From contig JAGHAM010000012.1 of the NCBI GenBank assembly GCA_021161465.1, forward strand, positions 180 through 64,179: a DNA stretch of 64,000 nucleotides, read 5' to 3'. The notes under the pieces are model-generated. The model was given only the letters and a program-made list of their open reading frames with translations, was not told where the DNA came from and searched no databases. Source of the stretch: Candidatus Iainarchaeum sp. Its GTDB lineage: Archaea; B1Sed10-29; WALL01; JAGHAM01. Made by a program: the position numbers and the translations under genes. Below, in pieces: positions 34,948 through 44,386 of this stretch (position 1 is its first letter; every line of letters begins with the position of its first letter).

Positions 34948-36882
34948 TTATCTAAATCCTCCACCACCGCCTCCGAATCCTCCACCAAAGCCGCCACCAC
35001 CAGACCAGCCCCCACCACGGCTCCCAGTCAGTGATGAGTACCTAGTGGAGGCAGAATGGTAGATTATCACCGGTCTGGTGTAGTGGTAGGTATCATAATC
35101 TATATTTGGGATTTCTATGTTAAACTCTTTCATGGCCTTTATCACGTTTCCTGCCCTTCCAAGTGCGGTTGCGTAAACTAGCCACTCACCCCACATCAAA
35201 ACATCCTGTGGGGCATATTTCTTTATCAGTGAGTAATCCTCAAGTAGCCTGCCAAATGCTCTCCAAAGTGCAACTTCCTTGTAAATCTCTGGCTTGTATT
35301 TACCAAAGCAGTATGCATCGATGAGGAGTAGGCTCATGATCCCAACCCACAAGCCACTTTGTAAACCAAATGATAACCATCTTGGCATCAGTGAGCCAAG
35401 CAAAAACGCTAGGAAGGATAAGAAAAGCAACCAAAGGAGTGCAGCCACCTTACCGCGAATGGAGAATACCTCCCCGTTTTTACCTTTCTTCAGGTCTTCT
35501 AACTTCTTCTTTATATCCTTCAACCATGAAGTATCTCCTGATTTTCTAATTTTCTCTTTCAATTTTGGTACGTCCAAGTCTCCACCAGTGAAGCTACCTA
35601 ACCATTTGTAAGTCTCATAAACCTTTTTCTCGTATGGGTCTAGTTCGTCTTTACCCTCTTTAAACTTTATTACCCCGTCTTTTATCTCAAGCCACTTTCG
35701 TCTTGCTAAATCAAGCAAGGTTGCTTGAACACCTTCAAATTCAATTTTGTTTGGGTCTCCAAAGACAATTTTGGTTACATCATAGGGTTTTCTTTTGGTT
35801 GGTGGGTAGTGTAAAACTTCAGGGACTCCTGGTACGTAGTGTTCCTTTCCAAAAGCATTGTAAATCAAATACAATCCAGCAATCACGATTCCAAGAACTA
35901 CTAAGAGGAATATTAGTCCATATTTGTAGAAGAATCTAGCAATATACACAGATGTCTCCTTGGCGAAGATTTCTGAGTCTGGTTTGTTTTCCTGCTTCCA
36001 GTAGGATGTGACTTCACTTCTTGGTTTTGTTGCTTTTACCTCTAGAAGCGTTTTCGCAGGGATGTCGAATGAAGAATCCAATGGAGGATAACCCCACACT
36101 TGCTTTGCTCCACTCACCTGCACCCTTGCATTTTTTATATCTAGGGAGAAGTCAGTCAGTGCGTTCCAATCAAAGAAACAAAGTTTGTCATAGCAAACAT
36201 ATGGCTTCGGAATCGCATACATGAACGTGATGTTGTATGCTCCTGGTTTTATACTCTCAGCCTTACTAACTTCGTATGTAAGTTTCGCCCATCCTTTTTC
36301 ATCCTCTGGTACCCTTAGTTCTACGTACTGTTGTTTTTTCCTACATACAAGCTCTATTTTGTTATCCCAATCATTAATTTGGTTCTCAAATCCTTCTGGA
36401 CAAAAAATCCCAAGAACTTGCATCTCAGCTTGCGGACCCTTTTTATAATAACTCCTGTAAAACTCGTGACCATTAACTCCAAGAGGTACGTGGTAAACCA
36501 AAGATTCAATAACTACTGCCTTATCTGGCTGGAGGTCTACGTATAAACTGTATGGTTCCACATAAACTCTACTACCTAACAAGTATCCATTTCCAATAAG
36601 TGCGCCTAACACAACACCTAAAGACATCAGGCCAAAAATCAAAATAAGCGTTTGTTTTTCTGATAACTCAAGCTCGTACTGGTATTTCCAAAGACCTTTT
36701 ATGAACATCAACAAGAGAATTGGTACAAAGATCAATGCGACTGGAGATATTATTTCCATGGTCTGAATGACCCTTAGCAAGCTTATAGGATTCTTAACAG
36801 AGTACCCAAATGCTAGCCCTAAGGCCACAGAAAGTGTTGAGAGAAGGGCTGTTTTTAGTACGCTTTTCATGCTAATTAGCAT
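34948..36882 (-). CDS. DUF2207-family membrane protein with a Gly-rich C-terminal tail
   Basis: 644 aa. N-terminal TM region, an extracytoplasmic domain, several further TM helices, and the tail GSRGGGWSGGGGFGGGFGGGGGGFR. Paired with lemA, as is common. Confidence 0.7.
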   Translation of the reverse strand: MLISMKSVLKTALLSTLSVALGLAFGYSVKNPISLLRVIQTMEIISPVALIFVPILLLMFIKGLWKYQYELELSEKQTLILIFGLMSLGVVLGALIGNGYLLGSRVYVEPYSLYVDLQPDKAVVIESLVYHVPLGVNGHEFYRSYYKKGPQAEMQVLGIFCPEGFENQINDWDNKIELVCRKKQQYVELRVPEDEKGWAKLTYEVSKAESIKPGAYNITFMYAIPKPYVCYDKLCFFDWNALTDFSLDIKNARVQVSGAKQVWGYPPLDSSFDIPAKTLLEVKATKPRSEVTSYWKQENKPDSEIFAKETSVYIARFFYKYGLIFLLVVLGIVIAGLYLIYNAFGKEHYVPGVPEVLHYPPTKRKPYDVTKIVFGDPNKIEFEGVQATLLDLARRKWLEIKDGVIKFKEGKDELDPYEKKVYETYKWLGSFTGGDLDVPKLKEKIRKSGDTSWLKDIKKKLEDLKKGKNGEVFSIRGKVAALLWLLFLSFLAFLLGSLMPRWLSFGLQSGLWVGIMSLLLIDAYCFGKYKPEIYKEVALWRAFGRLLEDYSLIKKYAPQDVLMWGEWLVYATALGRAGNVIKAMKEFNIEIPNIDYDTYHYTRPVIIYHSASTRYSSLTGSRGGGWSGGGGFGGGFGGGGGGFR

Positions 36883-36911
36883 AACGAGGAAGGGGTATAA
36901 AAATTATCTAG

Positions 36912-37469
36912 TTATGCTACCTTGGTATCAGGCCTCTTCTCAACTTCTTCTCCGAATTCCAGATATAGTTTCTTGACAAACCCCAGCATTCCAGCTATCA
37001 TATTATTTGGGAACACCTGTATCAACACGTTAAAAGTCTGAACCTGGTCGTTGTAGAGATACCTTTGCCTTGCTATCTCTGATTCAACGTCCTTTATGCT
37101 CTCCTGCAATTCTTTAACAGCCTCTATCCCCTGCACCTTTGGATAATTCTCCATGACCGCAAATATCCTTCCCAAAACAGAAGTAGCCATATTGTTGGCC
37201 TTCTTTATGTCCTCTGCAGTCGCAAGTGGGGCTTGTCTAAGCTTTGTAACCTCAGTGAAAACACTCTTCTCATACTTCAGATAACTCTTCGTTGTATCAA
37301 CCAACTGCCCAATCATATCGAGCCTTTTCTTCATCGCCACCTGTATCTGATGGAAAGTGTTCTCTATTGCATTGTTCAGTGAGACTAGTCTGTTGTACAC
37401 GCTAATTATCCAGCCAATAAACCCAAGAATCACCAGAACAATGAGACCTAAAATTATCCAAACCAACAT
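36912..37469 (-). CDS. lemA: LemA-family protein
   Basis: N-terminal TM helix then YNRLVSLNNAIENTFHQIQVAMKKRLDMI..MENYPKVQG..QRYLYNDQVQTFN. Confidence 0.9.
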   Translation of the reverse strand: MLVWIILGLIVLVILGFIGWIISVYNRLVSLNNAIENTFHQIQVAMKKRLDMIGQLVDTTKSYLKYEKSVFTEVTKLRQAPLATAEDIKKANNMATSVLGRIFAVMENYPKVQGIEAVKELQESIKDVESEIARQRYLYNDQVQTFNVLIQVFPNNMIAGMLGFVKKLYLEFGEEVEKRPDTKVA

Positions 37470-37534
37470 CGTACCACCAAGCGTAATAACAACGGTTTCT
37501 TATATAAATTTAATTGTACAAACGTGGTCTTCCT

Positions 37535-39007
37535 TTAATCTTTTGATTTTTTCTTCAGCTCATGTGGAATGCTAACAGGCGCGCTCAAGAACTCCTCATA
37601 GAAGGTAAGGCCTGCAAGTGAACGCGCGGCATCTGACATGGTGTCATAAGTTGGGATTCCAGACTTCTCAAGCAGCCGCATGTGCAGTTGAGCGTATTCG
37701 CCACCTGAGGATACAACCAGAAGTGGTTTTTTGTATTTGTCATTGATTTCAGAGACCACTTCCACGGCTTCAGAGCCTAAGTCGGTGGTCTGGAATAATA
37801 GTATACACATTACCGAATCCACGTTTTTGTCATTCATTACAGCCTCAAGCGCGAGCCGATAGCGTTCTGCATCTGCATCACCTACCAAATCAAGTGGGTT
37901 TCTGAAAACAGCATAAGGAGGTAGCTTTTTCCTCAGGTCATCAAGCGTTTTCTTCTCAAACTTTGCTAGTTTAAGCCCATAATAAATGCAGGCATCAGTT
38001 GCCATCACACCAAATCCACCACCATTGGTGACTATTGCAACTTTATCACCCTTTGGCAACGGCTGGTTTGCGAATAGCCTGGCATAGTCAAACATAGCGT
38101 CAACCCTTTTGGCTTGAATCATTCCACTTTGCTTGAATGCGGTGTTCCAGACTGCGGATGAGCCAGCTAGAGACCCAGTATGTGATGCAACCGCCTTTGC
38201 CCCTTCGCTTGTTCTTCCAGACTTTATGGCGATTATTGGTTTCTTCCTGCTAACTTTCTTGGCGGTTTGTATAAGCTCCTTGCCTCTGCGCGTTCCCTCG
38301 AGATATGCGCAGATTACTTTAGTCTTTGGGTCCCTGCCAAGGTACTCAAGCAGGTCAACTTCGTCCACATTCAGTGCATTACCATATGAGATGAACTTGC
38401 TTACACCAAAGCCCTTGCTACCTGCCCAATCCATCACGACAGCGCCAACTGCTCCAGACTGAGTTATGAACGAGATTTTGCCCTGTCTTGGCCTGTTCAT
38501 CTTATACCTTGGGTTGAAAATCGTATCCACACCAGAGTAGGTATCCACAACACCAAGACAGTTTGGCCCTATGACTGGAATGTTGTTTTCATCTGCTATT
38601 TTTTTAATTTCCTCCTCAAGCTCGACGTTTCCAACTTCCTTGAAGCCACCCGAGATTATTATTACAGACTTAACATCTTTCTTTGCGCATTCATTCATGA
38701 CAGATGGGACTATATGGGCAGGAACGACTATTACTACCAAATCTAACTTTCCTGGTATGCTGGTGACTCTTGGGTAACATTTTAGGTCGAGTATCTCGTC
38801 ATACTTTGGGTTTACAGGGTATATCTTCCCAGGAAAACTTTTAACAAAGTCCCTCAGCACAACGTGTCCTATCTTAGTGGTATTTGGAGTTGCGCCAACC
38901 ACTGCAACACTGCTGGGATTGAATGCATATTTAAGTTTGACCATGAACTCTTTCATCCGGTCTTTATCCTTTGTCAGGGTTTTCCTGACTTTCCTTTTGG
39001 TACCCAT
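37535..39007 (-). CDS. acdA: ADP-forming acetyl-CoA synthetase, alpha subunit
   Basis: CoA-binding start FNPSSVAVVGATPNTTKIGH. Phosphohistidine loop VASHTGSLAGS. Confidence 0.8.
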   Translation of the reverse strand: MGTKRKVRKTLTKDKDRMKEFMVKLKYAFNPSSVAVVGATPNTTKIGHVVLRDFVKSFPGKIYPVNPKYDEILDLKCYPRVTSIPGKLDLVVIVVPAHIVPSVMNECAKKDVKSVIIISGGFKEVGNVELEEEIKKIADENNIPVIGPNCLGVVDTYSGVDTIFNPRYKMNRPRQGKISFITQSGAVGAVVMDWAGSKGFGVSKFISYGNALNVDEVDLLEYLGRDPKTKVICAYLEGTRRGKELIQTAKKVSRKKPIIAIKSGRTSEGAKAVASHTGSLAGSSAVWNTAFKQSGMIQAKRVDAMFDYARLFANQPLPKGDKVAIVTNGGGFGVMATDACIYYGLKLAKFEKKTLDDLRKKLPPYAVFRNPLDLVGDADAERYRLALEAVMNDKNVDSVMCILLFQTTDLGSEAVEVVSEINDKYKKPLLVVSSGGEYAQLHMRLLEKSGIPTYDTMSDAARSLAGLTFYEEFLSAPVSIPHELKKKSKD

Positions 39008-39015
39008 TGATACAC

Positions 39016-39960
39016 CTAATACTCATCTGTTTTCCAGTACTGGCCAGCACGGTAAAGTTCCCACTCCTTATCAACTGCTTTCTGTATCTCCTTAATTTCT
39101 TTCTTCGTCAGGTGTTTGAACCTATCCTGACTTTTCAGGAATTCTTCTACTGGGAGGAACTTTCCGGGGCCTGGGTCATAGTTTATCTTCAGCCGGCCAC
39201 CCTCAACTTCATATAATGGCCATATGCCAGTTAAAACAGCCTTCTTAACAATTTCAATGCCATTTCTGGCTTCAAATCCCCAGTTGGTTGGACAGTTTAC
39301 GAGCAGGTCTATGAAACCCAATCCTTTGAATTTTTTAGCCTTCTCTACCTTTCGCATGTAATCCAGAGGAAACGCCGTGCAGGCGGTAGCGCTGTATACT
39401 CCATGCGCGCCCATTATCTTTGCCATGTCCTTACGGGATAGTGGGTTCCCCCTGTGTTTCTTTCCTATTGGTGTTGTTGTGGTTCTTGCATACAGTGGAG
39501 TTGCTGTACTCCACTGGTTTCCTGTGTTGCCGTAGCAGGAGTTGTTGTAGCATACGTATACAAAATCATCTCCCCTGGCTGCTGCCCCGCTTAGGCTTTG
39601 GAAACCAATGTCATAGGTGGCCCCATCTCCGCCATAGCACAACACATTCATCTTTCTGTTTAACGCTTTTAATGCATGGACTATGCCAGTTGCGGTTGAT
39701 GATGCGTTTTCTATAGCATTGTGTATGAGAGATACCTTCATTGGCGTTGTTGGCCAGTTAGTTAGTAAAGTCATACACCCAGAGGCGTTCACGACTACAG
39801 TATCCTTGCCCATAACCTTCAAGGCTAATTTCAATCCTAGCTCTCCTCCACACCCTGGGCAGGTTGGTGTCCCTCCCTCTATTAGGTTCTTGTTTGGGAC
39901 ATCCTTAAATGTGTTAAACTTCCTTTTACTCAAGCCAGTACACCCCCCCATGTGCATCAT
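39016..39960 (-). CDS. porB: pyruvate/2-oxoacid:ferredoxin oxidoreductase beta subunit
   Basis: TPP-binding subunit pattern TPTCPGCGGELGLKLALKV and GGDGATYDIGFQSL. Confidence 0.85.
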   Translation of the reverse strand: MMHMGGCTGLSKRKFNTFKDVPNKNLIEGGTPTCPGCGGELGLKLALKVMGKDTVVVNASGCMTLLTNWPTTPMKVSLIHNAIENASSTATGIVHALKALNRKMNVLCYGGDGATYDIGFQSLSGAAARGDDFVYVCYNNSCYGNTGNQWSTATPLYARTTTTPIGKKHRGNPLSRKDMAKIMGAHGVYSATACTAFPLDYMRKVEKAKKFKGLGFIDLLVNCPTNWGFEARNGIEIVKKAVLTGIWPLYEVEGGRLKINYDPGPGKFLPVEEFLKSQDRFKHLTKKEIKEIQKAVDKEWELYRAGQYWKTDEY

Positions 39961-41083
39961 GCTCTGCTAACCTAACGGCATGTTCAAACATCTTTATGCT
40001 CTCAGGGTTTCCTCCAAGACCAACTATGAATTCTGTAACTACAGGTTCGACTCTCGCGTTGTACAGGGAAGCTTTTATCTCAGGAGTTGCCATACCTCCT
40101 CTTCCAGGGGCCAGGTTCTTGTCAAACACGAGCACATGTCTTGCTCCCTCCAAAGCTTCTCTCACCTGCCTCTCTGGCCAGGGCGTGATTGTTCTGAGTC
40201 TTAAAAGCCCGACCTTCTTTTTCTTCTTCCTCATCTCGTTTACCGAGGCTTTTGCAGTTGTTGAGATGCTCCCCTGTGTCACCAGAATAATGTCTGCATC
40301 TTCTGTCATGTATTCCTCGACTAAACCATTGCCATAATCCCTACCAAATTTCTTTTTGAATTCTTTGCAAACCTCTCGCATAACTATAAGCGCGTTCATA
40401 GAGGCTTGGTGGTGCTGGTTCCTGAAGTAGGTGTAAGGCTCAGGCCTGAGTACAGCTGGTCCCTGCACCAATGGTTTATCTGGCTTGAAGTACGCATGTT
40501 TTGGGTGGTATTTCCCCAGGAAGGTGTCAACATCCTTCTGTTTTGGAACAGTTAGTGGTTCTTTGGTGTAGGAAAGCACGTACCCATCCATGTTAACCAT
40601 TGAGGGCAACAGTACCCTCCTATCTTCACTTATCTTAAATGCCATCAGTACAGAGTCGAGAACTTCCTGGTTATTCTGTGCGTGCACCTGCAGCCAGCCA
40701 GCGCCTCTTTGGTTAAGGAAGTCATCGTGGTCGCTCCATAGTGTTATCGGAGCGGATAGGCCTCTGGAGACATTAACCATCACTATTGGCAATCGCATAC
40801 CAGAAGCTATGTAAAGTACTTCATTCATCAGCAGCAGACCCTGGCTGCTCGTGGCAGTAAATACACGCGCGCCTGTAGCGGAAGCACCGACAGCAGCGCT
40901 CATAACAGAGTGTTCGGAGTCCACAGTGAAAAATTCTGTGTCAAAATCCCCATTTGCAACCCATTTGGCTATAGTTTCGATGAGCTCTGTTTGAGGCGTG
41001 ATTGGATAAACGGGGATGCATTGGGCTCTTGCGAGTCTTGCTGCAAGTGCTGCTGACTCGTTACCAGTTGCTAAGTGTTCCAA
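39926..41083 (-). CDS. porA: pyruvate/2-oxoacid:ferredoxin oxidoreductase alpha subunit
   Basis: GNESAALAARLARAQCIPVYPITPQTE start. Operon context. Confidence 0.85.
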   Translation of the reverse strand: MEHLATGNESAALAARLARAQCIPVYPITPQTELIETIAKWVANGDFDTEFFTVDSEHSVMSAAVGASATGARVFTATSSQGLLLMNEVLYIASGMRLPIVMVNVSRGLSAPITLWSDHDDFLNQRGAGWLQVHAQNNQEVLDSVLMAFKISEDRRVLLPSMVNMDGYVLSYTKEPLTVPKQKDVDTFLGKYHPKHAYFKPDKPLVQGPAVLRPEPYTYFRNQHHQASMNALIVMREVCKEFKKKFGRDYGNGLVEEYMTEDADIILVTQGSISTTAKASVNEMRKKKKKVGLLRLRTITPWPERQVREALEGARHVLVFDKNLAPGRGGMATPEIKASLYNARVEPVVTEFIVGLGGNPESIKMFEHAVRLAEHDAHGGVYWLE

Positions 41084-41368
41084 TTATTTCACCTCCCTCT
41101 CGAAATTTATAGCCTTCACAGGGCAGTTGTCCGCGCATATCAGGCAACCCTTGCAGAAAGTGTAGTCAATTACTGGCTTGCCCTTCCATGATATCGCGCC
41201 ATGGGGGCAAAGGGTAAAGCATATCTTGCACTTGACGCACTTATCGTAGTTAATCTCGGGCTTCCATATTCTCCATGTGCCTGTCTTGTTCTTGCGTGCT
41301 GAGGCGTTTGCTGGCATGACAGGGACCCCTTTCTCGAAGTCGTAGCTGTATTTTAAGACCTTGCTCAT
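41084..41368 (-). CDS. porD: pyruvate:ferredoxin oxidoreductase delta subunit (2x[4Fe-4S])
   Basis: Two CxxCxxCxxxCP motifs (CVKCKICFTLCP, CKGCLICADNCP). Confidence 0.85.
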   Translation of the reverse strand: MSKVLKYSYDFEKGVPVMPANASARKNKTGTWRIWKPEINYDKCVKCKICFTLCPHGAISWKGKPVIDYTFCKGCLICADNCPVKAINFEREVK

Positions 41369-41922
41369 TTCTTTCCCTCCACTGTCTTGAAGGCCTCGTG
41401 CACAACATCCATGTTCTTCCTTATGAATTCCATGCCGACTTTCTTTCCTATTTCGTGCTCCAGGGCTTTTTCTATGTGCTCAGAGTCAACAAGCTTTGTA
41501 AGTCCTGCAAAAGCTCCAATCATAGCTGTATTATATATGGGCTTGCCAAGGTGTTTGATGGCTATTTCAGTTGCATCTACAGTTACGACCTTGAAGCCCT
41601 TTTTCTCAAGCTTTGGGATTCTCTTCTTCTTTGAGTTTATTATCAGCAGGCCACCCTTTTTCAGCCCAGCTGTTACATCAACTATGTCAAGCAGGCTTTC
41701 ATCCAGAACTATCACGCAATCGGGGTCCGAAATGTATCCTCTCTCAAGTATCTCCTTGTCATCTATTCTGACAAAGGACTCCACAGGCGCGCCCCTTCTC
41801 TCAGCTCCATACCTGGCAAAATCCTGCACTTCATGACCTCCTAAAAATGCTGCACTACCGATTATCTTGGAGGCTAGCTTGCCTCCCTGTCCTCCCCTAC
41901 CATGAATTCTTATTTTGTACAT
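41365..41922 (-). CDS. porG: pyruvate:ferredoxin oxidoreductase gamma subunit
   Basis: IRIHGRGGQGGKLASKIIGSAAF start typical of POR gamma. Confidence 0.85.
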   Translation of the reverse strand: MYKIRIHGRGGQGGKLASKIIGSAAFLGGHEVQDFARYGAERRGAPVESFVRIDDKEILERGYISDPDCVIVLDESLLDIVDVTAGLKKGGLLIINSKKKRIPKLEKKGFKVVTVDATEIAIKHLGKPIYNTAMIGAFAGLTKLVDSEHIEKALEHEIGKKVGMEFIRKNMDVVHEAFKTVEGKK

Positions 41923-42543
41923 CTAGTTTATCACCCTGACATCAACTGCTTTAATCCCGTGCTCGTCTACAAACAATGGATTTATATCAAGCTCTTTTAT
42001 TGGATTCTCAACCATGAGCTTCTGAGTCTTCATTATTGCATCTAGAACCGCGCTCATCTTAACTGGTTTCTCGCCACGCGCCCCCATTAAAAGAGGATAT
42101 CCCTTTAGCTCTTTCACCATATCAAGCGCTTCCTTTCTGGAGAAGGGAGTTATCCTCATGGATACATCTTTGAAGATTTCAACGAAGATTCCACCAAGGC
42201 CAAACAATACAATCTCACCAAACTGGGGGTCGAGCTTTCCGCCTATAATTACCTCCCTACCAGTTATGTGCTCCTGGACTATCACCCCATTGATTCTAGC
42301 TTTGCCTGCGTTTTTCATAATTCTAGCCCAAGCTTCTATTAGCTCGCTCCCGTTCTTCAAACCATAGGCTACTACACCCTTATCAGTTTTGTGAAGAATG
42401 TCCGGGGAATCTACTTTTAGGGCTATAGGATACCCATGCTCTGCAGCGAACTCAAGGGCTTTTTCTTTGTCTTTTACCAGCTTGTAGTTTGCTATTGGTA
42501 TGCCATACTTCTCCAGAAGCTGAAACCCGGCGCGCATGTTCAT
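41923..42543 (-). CDS. acdB: ADP-forming acetyl-CoA synthetase, beta (ATP-grasp) subunit
   Basis: LLEKYGIPIANYKLV..YPIALKVDSPDILHKTDKGVV..INPLF ATP-grasp pattern. First gene of the por operon. Confidence 0.75.
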   Translation of the reverse strand: MNMRAGFQLLEKYGIPIANYKLVKDKEKALEFAAEHGYPIALKVDSPDILHKTDKGVVAYGLKNGSELIEAWARIMKNAGKARINGVIVQEHITGREVIIGGKLDPQFGEIVLFGLGGIFVEIFKDVSMRITPFSRKEALDMVKELKGYPLLMGARGEKPVKMSAVLDAIMKTQKLMVENPIKELDINPLFVDEHGIKAVDVRVIN

Positions 42544-42647
42544 GTTGAAAAAGAACTCGTTAGAGATTTATAAGTCTTTTCTTTGGTTGTTTCTCGGAAA
42601 ACCGTAGCAAAAAGCTATTTATATATAGTGTGCAGTAAAATTACATA

Positions 42648-42762
42648 GGCTGGAACCAAACTTTCCCTACCAAGTCGCGCCCCGCAGGCGGTAAAGTTGT
42701 AGGAGCAACGGCCCCGCCAATGCGATTAGCGTCCCACTGGTTCCAGTCGCTTAGTTTTTATT
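42648..42762 (+). ncRNA. candidate small structured RNA (unclassified)
   Basis: TATA-like TTTATATATA (42618-42627) is centred about 26 nt upstream. A 10-bp terminal helix GGCTGGAACC (42648-42657) / GGTTCCAGTC (42739-42748) encloses internal hairpins and is followed by a T5 run (42755-42759). No ORF. Confidence 0.25.
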
Positions 42763-42767
42763 ACGAT
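42736..42767 (+). repeat. intergenic repeat copy 1 (ACTGG-TTCCAGTCGCTTAGTTTTTATTACGAT)
   Basis: Repeated nearly exactly at 42868-42901. The CTTAGTTTTTATT core recurs a third time at 42942-42954. Confidence 0.85.
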
Positions 42768-42867
42768 ATTCCAGCAGCCTGTTACTTCTTTTATCCCGGC
42801 TGCTTCCTTTGCTTCCCACTTTATGCATGGGTTTTTACCGGCAACATGTTACCTGTTTATCCCGGCT

Positions 42868-42901
42868 ACTGGCGTTCCAGTCGCTTAGTTTTTATTACGA
42901 T
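42868..42901 (+). repeat. intergenic repeat copy 2 (ACTGGCGTTCCAGTCGCTTAGTTTTTATTACGAT)
   Basis: Identical to copy 1 except for a CG insertion. Preceded by TTATCCCGGCT, which also occurs at 42791-42801. Confidence 0.85.
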
Positions 42902-43132
42902 GTTTTCTCTTTGAAGACCTGTGCCTCAAAGATAACATACACTTAGTTTTTATTTGCGAAGAGAAGAACTCATTAGATGTTTATTAACCTAACGTTGAAG
43001 TGGTTTTTTCTACCTGAGTAGCCGATTAGCGCGCGTTCCGACACTCCCAGCGTTGGGCAGCGAAACTCTCGGAAAGTTTTACTGGAAATTAATTAAACCT
43101 TGTGGTTCGTTTTGATGTTGAGTGTGTAGAAG

Positions 43133-43378
43133 ATGCCAGCGAAAACAGGAGTCATTGACTTGCCTTTACATCCGGGCCACGCGCCCAGATGGCTTTTTAA
43201 GAGGATGGTTAAGCTAAGCGGAGCTATAAGCGGGGCTATTATCGATGAATATGGAACTACAGAGCTTTTAAGGCGTTTAGCCGACCTATGTTCACTCAGT
43301 CTTTATTCAATCAAACAATTACCCAACTTTCGGAAAATTATAGTAAAAACCAACTTAAGTATAGCAAATGAAGGTTAA
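43133..43378 (+). pseudogene. displaced 5' fragment of a DUF763 gene (about the first 50 codons, then unrelated tail)
   Basis: [50 protein letters not shown] aligns at about 60% identity with residues 2-51 of the full gene at 44364. Homology stops at about 43285. Confidence 0.7.
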
Positions 43379-43381
43379 AGC

Positions 43382-44386
43382 ATGAAACTAGTTGAGAAAA
43401 TACCGGAAGAACCTTCTGTCCCGCTATACAACTATTTATTGGATTTGGTGGGTGAAGAAGATGGAAAAGAATGTTCATTATATCTTAATAATGCGAACAG
43501 TTTCATAGAGGATCTCTGGGGTGAAATAGTAAGAAAAAACTACAGAAAATTAAAGGTTCAACAATTAATTCCCCAAGAGTTTGGGATTACTACCCCAGTT
43601 TTCTATGAGTACAAAAATGGAAGAAAGAGAGTACCAATCCAAACAGTGAGACACCTTATTGAGATATGGGCGCGTTACTGCAATAAAACCAACAAGGAAC
43701 TTCAAATAAAATGGCTCGAAGTGTTTGAAGGAGATTTTAGATTATCCACACATTCAAAACATCAAAAGACAAAACTCCCACAAGATGTTACTCCTAAATT
43801 GGCTTATTTGATGGGGTGGATGATTGGAGATGGGCACCTCAAGAAAATGCATAATTATCTAGTGAAAATAAGTGAGAAGTCGGTTGATCAACTAACTCTC
43901 GTGCTCAAACCTTTGTTTGAAGAGATATTTGGAGTAGATGCACCCATTTTTAGGAGATACATGGGTGGATATGCATTACAAATAGGATCAAAACCTATCT
44001 ATAGGTTCATGAAAAATGTTTTACATATTCGAGTGGGTGAGATACCTACTATGGTATGGAAGTGGGGTCCAGAATTAAAAAGGTATCTCTTGGTAGGCAT
44101 ATTTGATTCAGAAGGCTATGTTGGTTCAGGGAGTAACAGGCAAGTTTCGATCTCTCAGGCGGATAAGACTTTTCTGGTGAAACTCATATACTTGTTTGGA
44201 GAGCTTGATATAACCTTCACTGGACCATATCTGCATAAAACAGTTCTTGGCAAATGGTATTCGATTAGAATCAAAAGGAAATCTGAATTGGTGAAATTTG
44301 CGAAGAGTGTCGGTTCGTTTCATATAGAAAAATCCAAGAAATTAGCTAAGGTGGTGAGAGAACTTGAAAAAGGCAGGAAGTATTGA
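43382..44386 (+). CDS. free-standing double-motif LAGLIDADG homing endonuclease
   Basis: Two LAGLIDADG motifs (LAYLMGWMIGDGHL and YLLVGIFDSEGYVG). AT-rich. Its 3' end overlaps the start of the DUF763 gene by 23 nt. Confidence 0.8.
   Translation: MKLVEKIPEEPSVPLYNYLLDLVGEEDGKECSLYLNNANSFIEDLWGEIVRKNYRKLKVQQLIPQEFGITTPVFYEYKNGRKRVPIQTVRHLIEIWARYCNKTNKELQIKWLEVFEGDFRLSTHSKHQKTKLPQDVTPKLAYLMGWMIGDGHLKKMHNYLVKISEKSVDQLTLVLKPLFEEIFGVDAPIFRRYMGGYALQIGSKPIYRFMKNVLHIRVGEIPTMVWKWGPELKRYLLVGIFDSEGYVGSGSNRQVSISQADKTFLVKLIYLFGELDITFTGPYLHKTVLGKWYSIRIKRKSELVKFAKSVGSFHIEKSKKLAKVVRELEKGRKY

Noticed and set aside
42720-42914. 64-aa ORF in the repeat-rich intergenic region
   Set aside because: Its composition is Phe/Tyr/Cys/Leu-rich and low in complexity. 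It spans both copies of the intergenic repeat and has no ribosome-binding site, so it is more likely non-coding.
42736-42954. Possible mini-CRISPR array (repeats ACTGG..TTCCAGTCGCTTAGTTTTTATTACGAT)
   Set aside because: Only two full copies and one partial copy are present. Spacing is about 100 nt and then about 40 nt, which is irregular. The repeats end in oligo-T tracts, additional sub-repeats lie in the supposed spacers, and no cas genes are in the window.
43379-44363. Intein, group I intron or BHB intron interrupting the DUF763 gene
   Set aside because: The endonuclease ORF is separated from the upstream fragment by a stop codon and has its own start. Both flanks encode the same N-terminal 50 residues, which is a duplication and not two consecutive exons. 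No intein splice-junction residues are present.
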